Shown here: in pieces, positions 48,560 to 59,508 of the stretch | Position numbering within the stretch: position 1 is the stretch's first letter | How the letters are laid out: each line of letters begins with the position of its first letter | NCBI GenBank assembly: GCA_041748855.1 | Contig: JBGTCK010000017.1 | Coordinates: 8,124-72,123 of the forward strand | Source: Acidimicrobiia bacterium | GTDB lineage: Bacteria; Actinomycetota; Acidimicrobiia; Spongiisociales; ZC4RG35 | Direction of reading: 5' to 3' | DNA: 64,000 nt | Made by a program: the position numbers and the translations under genes | The notes under the pieces: model-generated | Seen by the model: the letters and a program-made list of their open reading frames with translations, nothing else | Database searches by the model: none | Told to the model about the DNA's origin: nothing

Positions 48560-49120
48560 TTATCCCTCGCGACTCTTACGGAACAGGCCCGTAAACCAGC
48601 TCCACAGTGAGGAGAAGAACAGCGGGATCCCCTTGACTTCCTTGGCGCGGATCTCGTCGGCCGCTTCATTGGAGTCGGCACCGAGCTTGCCCTCGAGACA
48701 GTCGACGAAGTCGCTGATCAGCCGTTTCGAGATCTCATTGATGAGCCCGGTACGACCGAATTGGGCAGCCGGGCCGGAGAGAGTGATATCTGCGTCGATA
48801 TCGACGGTCGATCCGGTGCCAGCGGGGACGATGGCGTACTTCAGCTTCACCTGGCCGCGGGAGCCACCGCGCTTGTCGACGCCCTTGCCTTCGATGGTGG
48901 CGGTCTTGGTCGCCGGGTCGGGGCTGACGATCGCCTTGCCCTCAAAGGCTGCAGTCATCGGACCCAGCTTCACCGACAGCTGGCCGTTGTAGCTGCCGTC
49001 GTCCTCGACATCTTTCAACTCGGCGCCGGGCAAACACTGGGCGACGGCCGGGACATCCTGAAAGAACTCCCAAACCGTTTCCGGATCGCCGGCCACCTCG
49101 AACTGCTGTGAAATTTTCAT
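48560..49120 (-). CDS. SRPBCC / CoxG-like (carbon monoxide dehydrogenase subunit G family) protein
   Basis: MKISQQFEVAGDPETVWEFFQDVPAVAQCLPGAEL is characteristic of CoxG. Confidence 0.65.
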   Translation of the reverse strand: MKISQQFEVAGDPETVWEFFQDVPAVAQCLPGAELKDVEDDGSYNGQLSVKLGPMTAAFEGKAIVSPDPATKTATIEGKGVDKRGGSRGQVKLKYAIVPAGTGSTVDIDADITLSGPAAQFGRTGLINEISKRLISDFVDCLEGKLGADSNEAADEIRAKEVKGIPLFFSSLWSWFTGLFRKSREG

Positions 49121-49175
49121 TGCCACCAGGTTAGTGGCGACGTTCGCGGCGGTGAGTCCACCGTCAGGGATGCAA

Positions 49176-49643
49176 TCAGTGGGCGGTGTCGCCACCGAGG
49201 AGGTCGCAAGCATGGGGCAACAATTCAACGATCGCCTCGAGGCTCTCGGACGCCCCTTTGGGCGATCCGGGCAGATTGACAATAAGAGACTGGCCCCGGG
49301 AGCCGACGCGCAGCCTGGAGAGGGCAGCCATGGGGGTGGCCTCGAGCCCCCTGGCGATCATGAGTTGGGAAAGCCCGGGCGCCTCCCTGTCGATTACCGA
49401 AAGGGTTGCTTCAGGGGTGACGTCTCGGGGGCCGAGCCCTGTACCACCGGTCGTGACCACGACCCTGGACCCATCGCAGGCCGAGATCAGTTTCGCTGCG
49501 ATCTCATCCGCCTCGTCAGCGACTACCTGGCGTTCGACCGAGAATCCTGCCCCGGTCAGAATCGCCTCGACCGCGTCGCCAGACCGATCTTCCCTGGTGC
49601 CTGCGGCGACACCGTCGCTGACGGTCAGGACGGTGGCCTTCAT
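49176..49643 (-). CDS. molybdenum cofactor biosynthesis protein MogA/MoaB
   Basis: [23 protein letters not shown]...[19 protein letters not shown]. Confidence 0.8.
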   Translation of the reverse strand: MKATVLTVSDGVAAGTREDRSGDAVEAILTGAGFSVERQVVADEADEIAAKLISACDGSRVVVTTGGTGLGPRDVTPEATLSVIDREAPGLSQLMIARGLEATPMAALSRLRVGSRGQSLIVNLPGSPKGASESLEAIVELLPHACDLLGGDTAH

Positions 49644-50482
49644 CCCCACCGGGTCGGATTCAGCGACACGCCATTCTGAAGGAGCACCACAAAGACGATG
49701 AGGATGACGATGAGGGTGCCAGCCATCCCGTAAGGCCACCCGTACGTTCGGGGATCGGCTGGGCCCTGGACGCTCTTGGTCCCTGGAGCAGCGGCAAGTG
49801 TCAACAGGAACATGGCGGCGGTTAGGGGAAGAGCCGGTACGACGCCACTTCCCGCGTCAGGGGTGAAGAAGGGGATTGCGGCAAATACCGAAACAGCGGC
49901 AGGGACGAAAACCAGCCAGAGGGCAAACATGAGGCGCTTTCGGGAGGTCGATATGTGACTGCGATGTGGGGCGAAAGCGAGAAACGCCGACGCCGCCCCG
50001 AGGCCCACCAAAACCAATCCGACGCCCCCAGCGACAGAAACCACGGTATCGAGGCCGGGAGGGGCATCTATGGTCGCATAGGCGAGTGCGAGCTGGCTGT
50101 CGGCGTCCACCGAAAGCAGAAGGGCATCGGTGAGAGCCTGTCGCAAGAGATGGACTGTCACCCAGAGGTACGCGAGACGGGACAGGTCCTGGCCCCGTTG
50201 GGCCGGATACGACAGTAGGAGGACCACTCCGAGAACGAAACAAAGCGCGAAGCCGCCCACGTAGGCGATGTCACTGGCACCGGTGAACTCGGCGCGGTTG
50301 TTGTAGAGGACCGCGTCACCACCGAGGAACTCGGCGAGCAAACCGTCACCGAGGCTGTCGATGAGCTGGGCAAAAACCAACCCGAAAGTGGCGCTCAGCG
50401 CAGACGCGACCACCAGGGGCAGGCCGATCATCTTGACCGCTCCACTGGTGCTGGATCTATCGACCGATATGTCAGTGCTCAC
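49640..50482 (-). CDS. integral membrane protein, hypothetical
   Basis: Multiple TM helices across 280 aa. Confidence 0.5.
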   Translation of the reverse strand: MSTDISVDRSSTSGAVKMIGLPLVVASALSATFGLVFAQLIDSLGDGLLAEFLGGDAVLYNNRAEFTGASDIAYVGGFALCFVLGVVLLLSYPAQRGQDLSRLAYLWVTVHLLRQALTDALLLSVDADSQLALAYATIDAPPGLDTVVSVAGGVGLVLVGLGAASAFLAFAPHRSHISTSRKRLMFALWLVFVPAAVSVFAAIPFFTPDAGSGVVPALPLTAAMFLLTLAAAPGTKSVQGPADPRTYGWPYGMAGTLIVILIVFVVLLQNGVSLNPTRWG

Positions 50483-50630
50483 AGGGTCACCAGCCTAAAC
50501 CAGAAACCACGGGGGAACCGCTACTGCGCGACGAATCGGGAGGGCCGATCTCGACACAGATACCTGCTATTCGTGTTGTCAGGGCGAAAAAAGTCCCCGA
50601 CCGTGGAAACAAACGAACCATACTGAGTCT

Positions 50631-51191
50631 ATGCATCGGAGCTTTGACCACCTCACTAAAGGACTTGAACACCTGCTCGACTCACCCGGATCGGAGGGTC
50701 TCGTGGAGATGATCGCTGCGCGGCCCGGGGAGGACCAACGCGAACAGCTGTCGTCGGCCAAACTCGACACCGAAATCGGCCTGGTTGGTGACAACTGGAA
50801 GGCTCGAGGGAGCCGCCACACCGACGACGGGAGTGCCGACCCGAGGGCACAGATCACTCTCATGAACTCGAGGGTGGTCGATCTGGTGGCCGGAACGCGG
50901 GATCGCTGGGCACTCGCCGGTGACCAGCTCTATGTCGATCTGGACCTGTCGGAAGCGAACCTCCCTCCTGGCATCAGGCTCAAAATTGGCGACGCCGTGA
51001 TTGAGGTCTCAGACAAGACACATACCGGATGTAAGAAGTTTGCATCCAGGTTCGGGGCGGAGGCTGTCCGCTTCGTCAACACCGGCATGGGAAGGGACTC
51101 CCGGTTCCGGGGAGTCAATGCAATGGTCGTCCAAAGTGGCGAAGTCAACGTCGGTGATAGAGTGCTCAAACTCACCAACCCCGATCTGTGA
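50631..51191 (+). CDS. MOSC domain-containing protein
   Basis: C-terminal ...HTGCKKFASRFGAEAVRFV... MOSC pattern with conserved Cys. Confidence 0.7.
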   Translation: MHRSFDHLTKGLEHLLDSPGSEGLVEMIAARPGEDQREQLSSAKLDTEIGLVGDNWKARGSRHTDDGSADPRAQITLMNSRVVDLVAGTRDRWALAGDQLYVDLDLSEANLPPGIRLKIGDAVIEVSDKTHTGCKKFASRFGAEAVRFVNTGMGRDSRFRGVNAMVVQSGEVNVGDRVLKLTNPDL

Positions 51192-51877
51192 AGTCATCGT
51201 CACCGATACGCTCCGTCATCTTCGACTGTGATGGGGTCCTCGTCGACTCTGAGGAAATCGCCAACAGCGCCCTAGCCGGCCTGCTCACCGAAGCCGGGCT
51301 CCCGACCGATTACGACGAAGCAGTTGACATCTTCCGCGGTCACTCGATGGACTCAGTCCTCGAAATCGCCGCCGAGAGGCTGGGCGGCCCTTTGCCCTTC
51401 GACCTGTCGGCCCGCTACTACGAAACGATCAAGGATGTGTTCGAGCGGGAGTTGAAGGCCGTCCCCGGCGTCATCGAGGCGCTCGACCGTATCGACCTTC
51501 CCAACTGCGTCGCATCCAACGGCCCCCTCCACAAAATGGAGGTCACTCTTCGCCTAACCGGGATGTGGGAGCGATTCGAGGGCAGGATCTTCAGCGCCGA
51601 CGAAGTCGCTGCCGGCAAGCCCGCTCCCGATCTCTTCCTCCATGCCGCCAGACAAATGGGCTTCGACCCATCGACAACAGCAGTGGTCGAAGACAGCAGT
51701 CTCGGTGTGGAGGCGGCGCGATCTGCCGGAATGCAGGTTTTCGCCTACGCCAGCCATACGACACCGGAGGAGCTCGCCGCCGCCGGGGGCCATCCCTTCA
51801 CGGACATGGCCGACCTGCCTGACCTCTTGCTCAGGCCAGAATCAGCGTCCCCACCGTCCACACGACGAACAGGCTGA
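51188..51877 (+). CDS. HAD-IA family hydrolase (beta-phosphoglucomutase-like)
   Basis: IRSVIFDCDGVLVDSE motif I; 4-bp overlap with the upstream gene. Confidence 0.8.
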   Translation: MKSSSPIRSVIFDCDGVLVDSEEIANSALAGLLTEAGLPTDYDEAVDIFRGHSMDSVLEIAAERLGGPLPFDLSARYYETIKDVFERELKAVPGVIEALDRIDLPNCVASNGPLHKMEVTLRLTGMWERFEGRIFSADEVAAGKPAPDLFLHAARQMGFDPSTTAVVEDSSLGVEAARSAGMQVFAYASHTTPEELAAAGGHPFTDMADLPDLLLRPESASPPSTRRTG

Positions 51878-52085
51878 TCGACACGACGAGCAGTGGGCCG
51901 GTCCGGGTCCAGTTCAGCCCGCCCCAGACTCCCGTAGCCACTGCCACGACCAGCATTGCAACGGTCCAGGGAACTGGCACCAAGCCGGCAACTGCTGCTC
52001 CGATCGTCAAGGCAATGACCACGAGCAGGAAGCCTGCAGAAACCAGGGCATAGAGCACCTGTCGCGGCGACGGCTCGTCCCTCAA
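51831..52085 (-). CDS. small membrane protein
   Basis: Two hydrophobic helices; weak. Confidence 0.3.
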   Translation of the reverse strand: MRDEPSPRQVLYALVSAGFLLVVIALTIGAAVAGLVPVPWTVAMLVVAVATGVWGGLNWTRTGPLLVVSISLFVVWTVGTLILA

Positions 52086-52642
52086 GACAGACCAGCGCGG
52101 TCAGCGACGATCCGAAACCACTCGGCGAGATCGTCGATCTGGACATGGGCATTGAGCCCGCTGGGATTGGGCAACACCCACCATTCCTCGTCACGTGCGA
52201 CTTCCTGGCGTCCCATCACCGCCGACCGGGCATCGAAAGCGGTTCGATAGGCAGTGACGCCGGCAACGGCCACCACTGCGGGCCGCAGGTTATCGATGAG
52301 ACCGCGGAGACGCTCCCCACCGGCCTGGAGCTCGTCGGCAGTCAACTCACTGGCACGGACGGTTGCCCGCTCCACCAGGTTGGATATCCCCATGCCCGCT
52401 GCGACAAAACCGTGACGCTGCTGATCGGTCATTCCGTGGTCGGTGTCGATATCGAAATCGATGAGCCCTGCAAGTCGCAGAGCCGGGTAGAAACGGTTGG
52501 AAGGGTGACAGAAGTGGGTCCCGGTCGCCGCAGTCCACAGACCGGGGTTGATCCCGACGAACAGGAGCCTGGTGTTGTCACCGATCAAATCGGGGACGGT
52601 ACGGTCGCGAAAGGATTCGAGTTCTTCCCTGGTGAAACCCAT
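52082..52642 (-). CDS. mug: G/U mismatch-specific DNA glycosylase (Mug/UDG family 2)
   Basis: LLFVGINPGLWTAATGTHFCHPSNRFYPAL (GINPG motif). Confidence 0.7.
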   Translation of the reverse strand: MGFTREELESFRDRTVPDLIGDNTRLLFVGINPGLWTAATGTHFCHPSNRFYPALRLAGLIDFDIDTDHGMTDQQRHGFVAAGMGISNLVERATVRASELTADELQAGGERLRGLIDNLRPAVVAVAGVTAYRTAFDARSAVMGRQEVARDEEWWVLPNPSGLNAHVQIDDLAEWFRIVADRAGLS

Positions 52643-52694
52643 GGTGTCGAACGGTAGGACGCTGGAAGTTCGTCGGCCGGATCGGTCGGCTGAG

Positions 52695-53309
52695 CTACTT
52701 CTTCTGACTCTCGTAGTAGGGGTCGTCGCCGGATGCGTGGTCGGTGACATCGACGACTTGGGTCAGCTCGTCGATCGACTCGAGAAGGATACGCTCGATG
52801 CCCTGCTTGAGGGTCACCTGGGCCAGGCCACATCCCTGACAACCACCAAAGAGCCGGAGGTATGCGATGGTGCCGTCGACAGAGACCAGTTCGGCGCCAC
52901 CTCCGTGGGCGGCGATCGCCGGGTTCACCTGCTCGGTTATCACCTGCTGCACCTGGTCGACGAGCGGGCCTTCGAGATCGCCAGCGGGGGCAGACATCGC
53001 TGGTGGCGCCGGAGAGTTGGGATTGTTCATGACCAGCCCCTGGTCGGTCAGCTCCAGGGCTGCACCTTCCAGCTTTTCCCGATCATCGCCGGGATAGATC
53101 ACGGCAAGTCCGTCGTGGCGCTCCTCGACCCAACCGTCCTTCTTGTCGGCGAGAGCGACGAAAGCAAGCTCATATGAGAATTGCGGCCCACGAAAGCCCG
53201 TCACCTCGACGGACAGGGCGAACTCGCCATCGCCCGGCTCCTGGTCACGCAGCTGGCGGATCATGTCGAGCGCGTCGGCGGCGATGCTGAGGATGTTGGT
53301 TTCTGACAT
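52695..53309 (-). CDS. Fe-S cluster assembly protein, Nfu/NifU-like
   Basis: C-terminal Nfu domain with CQGCGL; N-terminal A-type carrier-like region. Confidence 0.65.
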   Translation of the reverse strand: MSETNILSIAADALDMIRQLRDQEPGDGEFALSVEVTGFRGPQFSYELAFVALADKKDGWVEERHDGLAVIYPGDDREKLEGAALELTDQGLVMNNPNSPAPPAMSAPAGDLEGPLVDQVQQVITEQVNPAIAAHGGGAELVSVDGTIAYLRLFGGCQGCGLAQVTLKQGIERILLESIDELTQVVDVTDHASGDDPYYESQKK

Positions 53310-53347
53310 GCGCGCACAATGGTAGTGGCTCTTTAGAGTCAACCAAG

Positions 53348-54559
53348 ATGACGCGTATCGTGGTGATTCTCCCGTCCAGCACCTATCGCGCTGGTGAGTT
53401 CGTCAAGGCCAGTGCCGAGCTTGGTGTCGAGCTGATCGTGGCGTCCGAAGGGGAGCCACCGATCGAAATGGGCGATCGCTACCTGCAGATCGACTGTTCG
53501 GACGTGGACGCCGCGGCTGAGCGGATCATCGCTCTGGGTGACATTGCCCGGATCGATGGCATCGTGGCCGCTGACGACATGGGGGTTGTCGTCGCCGCTA
53601 TCGCCGGCCAGAAACTCGGCCTCCCTTCTAACGACCCCGACGCTGCCCGCGCGACCCGGGACAAGGCACTCATGCGCCAGCGGCTGGAATCTGGCGAGGT
53701 CCCCCAACCCCGATGGGCAATTGTGGACGGATCGGACGATGCCGGCACCGTCGCCGAATCGATCGGGTTTCCGCTGGTGATCAAACCATTGGCGCTCTCA
53801 GCGGGCCAGGGTGTGATCCGGGTCGATCGGCCCGAAGACCTTGCCGCCTCCGCTGACAGAGTGAAGGCGATAACCCGTTCGACCGGGTTGGCGGACGAGG
53901 TCCTGCTTCTCGAAAGCTTCATAGACGGAAGCGAGGTCGCAGTCGAAGGTCTGGTGGCAGCCGGGAACCTCTTGCCTCTGGCGATTTTCGACAAGCCGGT
54001 CGAAACGGCCGGCCATGGGTTCGAGGAGACGATCCTGATCACGCCTTCCCGTCATGAGCCCTCGGTACAAACCGAGATCTTGCGGGTCGCCGCACAGGCA
54101 GTCCGATCGCTCGGCCTTTCCCAGGGTCCGGTACACATCGAACTCATGGTCTCGGGTGAGAAGGTAAGCGTCATCGAGGTTGCGGGACGCTCCATCGGCG
54201 GGCTCTGCTCCCGAAGTCTCAGCTTCGGGTTGATGGACACCTCGCTCGAGTCGTTGATCCTCCGCAACGCAATCGGACGCGACAAGCCGGAACTGCACCG
54301 CTCAGTAGACGCAAGCGGTGTGCTCATGTTGCCGATTCCGGCCGCGGGGACCCTGGTCGGGTTCGAGGGCCTCGACGAGGTTCGGAGCCAGGAAGCGATC
54401 ACCGGCATCGAGATCACTGCCCGAGCCGGGGACAGAGTGGCTCCGCCGCCGGAGGGCGGACGCTATATCGGGTTTGTGTTCGCTGAGGCAAAAACGCCGG
54501 ACACTGTCGAATTGGTGCTGAAAGAGGCGATGCGCACAATCGAGGTGATGATCGAGTGA
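53348..54559 (+). CDS. ATP-grasp domain protein
   Basis: ATP-grasp fold pattern (ARATRDKALMRQRL...GFPLVIKPLALSAGQGV...). Confidence 0.7.
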   Translation: MTRIVVILPSSTYRAGEFVKASAELGVELIVASEGEPPIEMGDRYLQIDCSDVDAAAERIIALGDIARIDGIVAADDMGVVVAAIAGQKLGLPSNDPDAARATRDKALMRQRLESGEVPQPRWAIVDGSDDAGTVAESIGFPLVIKPLALSAGQGVIRVDRPEDLAASADRVKAITRSTGLADEVLLLESFIDGSEVAVEGLVAAGNLLPLAIFDKPVETAGHGFEETILITPSRHEPSVQTEILRVAAQAVRSLGLSQGPVHIELMVSGEKVSVIEVAGRSIGGLCSRSLSFGLMDTSLESLILRNAIGRDKPELHRSVDASGVLMLPIPAAGTLVGFEGLDEVRSQEAITGIEITARAGDRVAPPPEGGRYIGFVFAEAKTPDTVELVLKEAMRTIEVMIE

Positions 54560-54672
54560 GGCCCCGCAAGCTCCAGAAAACCCCTATCCGCTCAAGGCCT
54601 TCAACATTCAAGCTCAAGTTGAGGGTTACCTCTTACTCGCGTGATCGCGCGTAAGACGATTTTGTCATTTAC

Positions 54673-55311
54673 ATGAGCACCATCATCATCTTCGCCGGCG
54701 GAATGAAAGTCCCTCGATCTGCGGGGGACGAGCTCCCCGTACCCGATCTGGTCATCGCTGCCGACTCGGGATATCAGATCGCCCTCTCCCTTGGATACGA
54801 CGTCGACACCCTGATCGGGGACATGGACTCAGTTGGCCCTCTCGATGACATCCCCGCCACCACCAGCATCGTCCGTTTTCCAGCCGACAAAGACGCGACG
54901 GACTTGGAGCTGGCGTTTGTGTTGGCCGTCCGGGAAGAACCGCAACGTATCGTCCTGGTGGGCGCCGAAGGTGGTCGATTCGACCACGAACTGAGCGCCG
55001 TCGCCATGATCTGCTCCGACCGGTGGCGGGACGTGCCCGACATCGACTGGGTGCGGAGCGACTCGATATCACATGTGATCCGGGACACCCGCCGGATCCA
55101 GGGCGACCCGGGCGATTTGTTCTCGTTGATCCCGGTTGGAGGCGACGCAGTCGGCGTGACAACCACGGGCCTGCAATGGGAACTGCAAGGGGACACTCTC
55201 CACGCAGGTTCGAGCCGGGGGGTCAGCAACCTCCTGGTGCAGACCGAAATAATGATTCAGGTGGACGAAGGGGTCCTGCTCGGAGTGTTCCCCTCCACCC
55301 CCGGGGACTGA
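54673..55311 (+). CDS. thiamine pyrophosphokinase
   Basis: IIIFAGG...LVIAADSGYQIALSLGYDVDTLIGDMDSV. Confidence 0.75.
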   Translation: MSTIIIFAGGMKVPRSAGDELPVPDLVIAADSGYQIALSLGYDVDTLIGDMDSVGPLDDIPATTSIVRFPADKDATDLELAFVLAVREEPQRIVLVGAEGGRFDHELSAVAMICSDRWRDVPDIDWVRSDSISHVIRDTRRIQGDPGDLFSLIPVGGDAVGVTTTGLQWELQGDTLHAGSSRGVSNLLVQTEIMIQVDEGVLLGVFPSTPGD

Positions 55312-56838
55312 TCAAAGTCCAGCAAGCACCGAAGGGTCCAGTTGCTCGAACCCGGCGAGATATTCCCGCCGCTCGTCGTGCAAACGCTCGACCATCGCCT
55401 GATGCTCACTCTCCCGACCCTGTCTCCGGTACATCCCGGCGGGATTGAGGAGATCAGAGTCGTCGACCCCGGGGACACTGGAGGCAATGTCGTAACCAAA
55501 ATCTGGGTCTGTCTCCCACTCGATCGTGCCTTCCACTATTCCCTGCACGATGGCCGACGAGTCAGCGATGGTCACCTTCTTGGAGTCGTCGCCGTGCCCG
55601 CCGACGCGGCCCGTGTTGAGCACATAAGCCTCGAGATCGGGCATAGACGCAGCCAGCTCGATGAGCCGGTTGCCCTGGAGGGCGTCATCGTCGAAGAAAA
55701 ACGGGTTGGTGCCGGGGACACGGAGGCTCTTCCCAGCTTCGGCAGCACCCCCGGCCGACGTTCCTTTGGTCTCGCCGAGCATGAAGTAAGCGGGAATCTG
55801 GGAGGTCTTCAGCCGGGCGACAGCCGGGATCACATGGTCTGATCGGTTGAGGATGAGCAGGTACGAGGCATTGGGGACATCGCTGGGGTCGCGATGACGG
55901 ATATTGGCCATCGGGAACGTGGAACGTCCGTTGGCGGTGTAGGAGGTGTCGAAGAAGTCGACTTTGCCGTCGATGTCGACCGCGACGTTCTCCAGCCAGG
56001 CATCGGGGCGGGTTGTGCCCCCGTAGATCGTTGGCTCGTCGTCAGGGTCGAGCCCGAAGGTCTTGGCGAAGCAGCCGGCCTCGGTGGTGTGCACCTCTCC
56101 CCCCGGCAGCAACGCCACGAAGTCGTCCTGAACCGGTAGCGAACCTGCCTGTTGGCGGAACGTGGTCGTGGTCTTTCCGGTCCCGGAGAGGCCGATAATC
56201 AGCATCGACTCCTCTCGACCACTCCGCGTCGCCCCGGCCGGGTAGACCTTCAGGCCGGCATGAAGGGCCAGACCTCCGCGGTCGTAGACGAGACGGTTCC
56301 ACATCCGGAGGCCACCCATCTTCGACTCGCCGAAGTAGTCGGAGCCGAAGACCCGGGTCGTCCAGTTGTCGAGGTCGACGATTATCAGACGGTCGTCGGG
56401 TTTGCCGGGAGCAGGGAGTCCCGGCGTGTAAATCACCGTGAACTCGGGATCCCATTCGTCGTCGGCCGGGAAGTAGAGCTGGCTCTGCATGGCTGCGATG
56501 TTGGGCTGGTCGGCTTCGATGAACATCTGACATGCAGTCCGGAACCCGGGATCGGGCCCGATATAGCCCTCGACGAGGATCATCTCCCGATCTGCGATGT
56601 ACTCGTCCTGTTTCCTCGCCCAATCTTCCGCCTCGGCCCGGGGAATCCGATTCTGGTGGATCTCGGTGTCGGACACGAAGAAAGTCGAGTTCTTCAGCCT
56701 CGCCGTGACCTCGGCCCGGTAGTTGAGGTTTCCGAATTCGGTCTCGGTCAGTCGGGGCATCCTCTCCGTCGCAAGCGCGCGCAACCGATCATTGGTCGGG
56801 GACCGCTCGACAGACCGCGCAGAAGGAAGCTTGGACAT
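55312..56838 (-). CDS. pckA: phosphoenolpyruvate carboxykinase (ATP)
   Basis: Kinase-1a motif GLSGTGKTTT; about 508 aa, typical of ATP-type PEPCK. Confidence 0.88.
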   Translation of the reverse strand: MSKLPSARSVERSPTNDRLRALATERMPRLTETEFGNLNYRAEVTARLKNSTFFVSDTEIHQNRIPRAEAEDWARKQDEYIADREMILVEGYIGPDPGFRTACQMFIEADQPNIAAMQSQLYFPADDEWDPEFTVIYTPGLPAPGKPDDRLIIVDLDNWTTRVFGSDYFGESKMGGLRMWNRLVYDRGGLALHAGLKVYPAGATRSGREESMLIIGLSGTGKTTTTFRQQAGSLPVQDDFVALLPGGEVHTTEAGCFAKTFGLDPDDEPTIYGGTTRPDAWLENVAVDIDGKVDFFDTSYTANGRSTFPMANIRHRDPSDVPNASYLLILNRSDHVIPAVARLKTSQIPAYFMLGETKGTSAGGAAEAGKSLRVPGTNPFFFDDDALQGNRLIELAASMPDLEAYVLNTGRVGGHGDDSKKVTIADSSAIVQGIVEGTIEWETDPDFGYDIASSVPGVDDSDLLNPAGMYRRQGRESEHQAMVERLHDERREYLAGFEQLDPSVLAGL

Positions 56839-56896
56839 TGGTTTGAATCTCCCGGAGTTGGCGAGTTCGTCGTCAGGTTACCCCTGTTGGGGTGGA

Positions 56897-57835
56897 CTAA
56901 ACCAGTTGGGAAGGCATTTCGGCACCGGTCAGAGCGGCAATCAGGTTGTCCACGGTGCGTTCCGCCATGCGAAGCCGGGTGCGGGTCGAGGCGCTTGCGA
57001 TGTGCGGAACCACAAGGCAATTGGTCAGCGCCACAAGGGGGTGATCTGCAGGGAGGGGCTCGGGATCGGTCACGTCGAGGCCGGCCCCGAAGATCTCTCC
57101 ACCTTCCAAGGCGTCTACCAGAGCGGTCGAATCGACGATCGGGCCCCGCGCAACGTTGATCAGGGTTGCCGTCGGCTTCATCAACCCGAACGCCGTCGCG
57201 TCGAACATCCTCCTGGTCTGGCTGTTGAGGGGTGCGGTGATCACCACGTGGTCACTCAGACGGAGCAGGTCGTCGAAGTCGACATGGCGACCCATCCGGC
57301 CGCTGGCCGACGGACTTGCGTAGACGATGTCGATCCCGAAACCTGAGGCACGGTCGGCCACCGCCCTCCCGACGCGGCCCATCCCGACAACCCCGAGCGT
57401 GGTCTCGTACACATCAACCCCGAGCAGGTGCCAGGGGTCCCAGGTTCCCCAACGGCCCGAACGCACCTCGTCGGCCCCTTCGGGAAGCCTCCTGGCAACG
57501 GCGAGGAGAAGCGCGAAAGCGTGGTCGGCGACGGTCCCGGTGAGAACGTCTGGGGTATGCCCGACTCGCACCTCCCGCTCCCGGCAGGCCTCGACATCGA
57601 TGTTGTCAACGCCCACCGACATCTGCGAGACAACTTTGAGCTGGGGCGCGGCATCGAGCAGGTCTACATCGATCCGGTCGGTGAGCATGCTGAAAAGGCC
57701 GTCGATGCCACCAACTCGTTCCAATAACTCCGTCCGGGGAACCGGAGTATCTCCTTTCCAGACGTCCACATCGGCGATCTCCTCAATCCGCTCTATGTAG
57801 CTATTGGGGATTGCTCGCGTCACATAGACCTGCAT
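56897..57835 (-). CDS. D-isomer-specific 2-hydroxyacid dehydrogenase (glyoxylate/hydroxypyruvate reductase-like)
   Basis: NAD-binding GVVGMGRVGRAVA; catalytic R/E/H triad region. Confidence 0.85.
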   Translation of the reverse strand: MQVYVTRAIPNSYIERIEEIADVDVWKGDTPVPRTELLERVGGIDGLFSMLTDRIDVDLLDAAPQLKVVSQMSVGVDNIDVEACREREVRVGHTPDVLTGTVADHAFALLLAVARRLPEGADEVRSGRWGTWDPWHLLGVDVYETTLGVVGMGRVGRAVADRASGFGIDIVYASPSASGRMGRHVDFDDLLRLSDHVVITAPLNSQTRRMFDATAFGLMKPTATLINVARGPIVDSTALVDALEGGEIFGAGLDVTDPEPLPADHPLVALTNCLVVPHIASASTRTRLRMAERTVDNLIAALTGAEMPSQLV

Positions 57836-57873
57836 GTTCAGAGGCTAGAACTGGATGCCGATACCATGCACGT

Positions 57874-58656
57874 ATGCGCACCCTTGTTTCCATCATTGCC
57901 CTCGCGGTGCTCGCGTCTGGATGCGGGGCCGAGACTCAGGAAATAACCACCACGACTCTGCCCGCGACCACCACCACCTTCCCCACGACCACCTCCCCAG
58001 TTACACCCGAGGTGCGGGCGACATTTCCCGGTATCGACACCACTGAAGTCCCCGAGGACACCGCACTGGTCGGCATGGCCAAGGGAGAACTGGACGTTTA
58101 CGCGACGCCAGAGGATGCCGAACCGATGCTGGCGCTGCCGGCGACGACGATCCTGGAGACCGTGACCGTGGTGACGCTGGTCGAAGGGCCAGTCGACGGT
58201 TGGGCCAGAGTCATGCTTCCGATCCGGCCCAACGGATCGGAGGGATGGGTGAGGACCGCCGACATCGAGATCTTCGTGGTCGAGGGCCGACTCCTCGTCG
58301 ATCTGACGGAGAAAACGCTGACGTATTATCGCGGCGGGAAGGTGGTGCTCACCTCGACGGTCGCAGTGGGGACCGATCGAAACCCGACGCCGACCGGCCA
58401 CTTCTTCGTGACCGACAATGTCACCCTGGCCAATCCGAACAGTCCCTGGGGCCCCCATGCCCTCGGGTTGTCGGGGAGAAGCGACACCATCACCGAGTAC
58501 AACGGTGGCGACGGGATCATCGGCATCCACGGCACCAACCGGCCCGATTCGATCGGGCAGGCGGCGTCACTGGGCTGTGTGCGGCTCCCCAACGATGTGA
58601 TCACCGCCATCCATCAGATGGTGTCGATCGGAACTCCGGTCGAAATCAGGGCCTGA
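57874..58656 (+). CDS. L,D-transpeptidase (YkuD) lipoprotein
   Basis: Lipobox LASGC; catalytic SLGCVRL motif. Confidence 0.8.
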   Translation: MRTLVSIIALAVLASGCGAETQEITTTTLPATTTTFPTTTSPVTPEVRATFPGIDTTEVPEDTALVGMAKGELDVYATPEDAEPMLALPATTILETVTVVTLVEGPVDGWARVMLPIRPNGSEGWVRTADIEIFVVEGRLLVDLTEKTLTYYRGGKVVLTSTVAVGTDRNPTPTGHFFVTDNVTLANPNSPWGPHALGLSGRSDTITEYNGGDGIIGIHGTNRPDSIGQAASLGCVRLPNDVITAIHQMVSIGTPVEIRA

Positions 58657-59506
58657 GCCCCACCAGGCCATTGCTGAGCACAGCCTCACCGCGCTCGGCG
58701 GTAACGGCCTCGACTGCCACACCGTCATCGGTCTCCCATATCCTTGTGACAACAGTCTCCCCCGGATAGACCGAACCGGAGAAGCGGGCCTTGTATGTGC
58801 TCACCCGGGAGGGCTCACCACCAAGGGCGGCACCCACCACTGCCTTGAGTACGATGCCGTAGGTGCAAAGGCCATGGAGGATCGGACGGTCGAAGCCTGC
58901 GAACATCGCAAAGCCGGGATCGGCGTGCAGCGGGTTGAGATCCCCCGACGACATCCGGTAGAGCAAGGCCTGTTGTGGCATGGTCGGGCTCTCCACGATA
59001 TGGTCCCGTTCCCGGCCCGGTACGGTCCCAACCGTCGGCGGCCCGCTATCGCCTCCAAAGCCGCCCTCACCCCTCACGAAGATCGACGACCTGTTGGTGA
59101 ACATAGGCTCGCCAGAATTCTCGTCGGTGGAGACGATCTCCATCACGATCAAGGCGCCCTTGCCTTTGTCGAAGATATCGACGACACGGCCTTCCTGGCT
59201 GACCGTCCCGCTGGTGGGGATGGGTTTGTGGATTTCGATCTTTTGTTCGCCGTGGAGGATCGAGGCGAGATTGATGTCGATACCTTCGACACTTGCCAGG
59301 CTCATCATGGTCCCGAACGGGGGAATGGTGCCGAAGCTGGGCAGGACGTGAAGGTCTCCTTCGTAGGTGTAACGAAGCTCGTCTTCGTCAGTCGGGGGGT
59401 TTCCGGCCCCGAGGGCGAGGTGGTAGAGGATCACATCCCGGTCTGACCAGCTGTAGGTGGTCGGAGCGAAAGTGGAACCGACTGCCCTGTCGACGTCGAT
59501 GGGCAC
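58646..59506 (-). CDS. MaoC-like (R)-specific enoyl-CoA hydratase, double hot-dog
   Basis: N- and C-terminal hot-dog halves; paired with an SDR as in type-2 multifunctional enzymes. Confidence 0.75.
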   Translation of the reverse strand: MPIDVDRAVGSTFAPTTYSWSDRDVILYHLALGAGNPPTDEDELRYTYEGDLHVLPSFGTIPPFGTMMSLASVEGIDINLASILHGEQKIEIHKPIPTSGTVSQEGRVVDIFDKGKGALIVMEIVSTDENSGEPMFTNRSSIFVRGEGGFGGDSGPPTVGTVPGRERDHIVESPTMPQQALLYRMSSGDLNPLHADPGFAMFAGFDRPILHGLCTYGIVLKAVVGAALGGEPSRVSTYKARFSGSVYPGETVVTRIWETDDGVAVEAVTAERGEAVLSNGLVGLRP

Positions 59507-59508
59507 GT

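Noticed and set aside
53479-54042. 187-aa and 166-aa minus-strand ORFs
   Set aside because: Antisense to the ATP-grasp gene; composition typical of frame artefacts.
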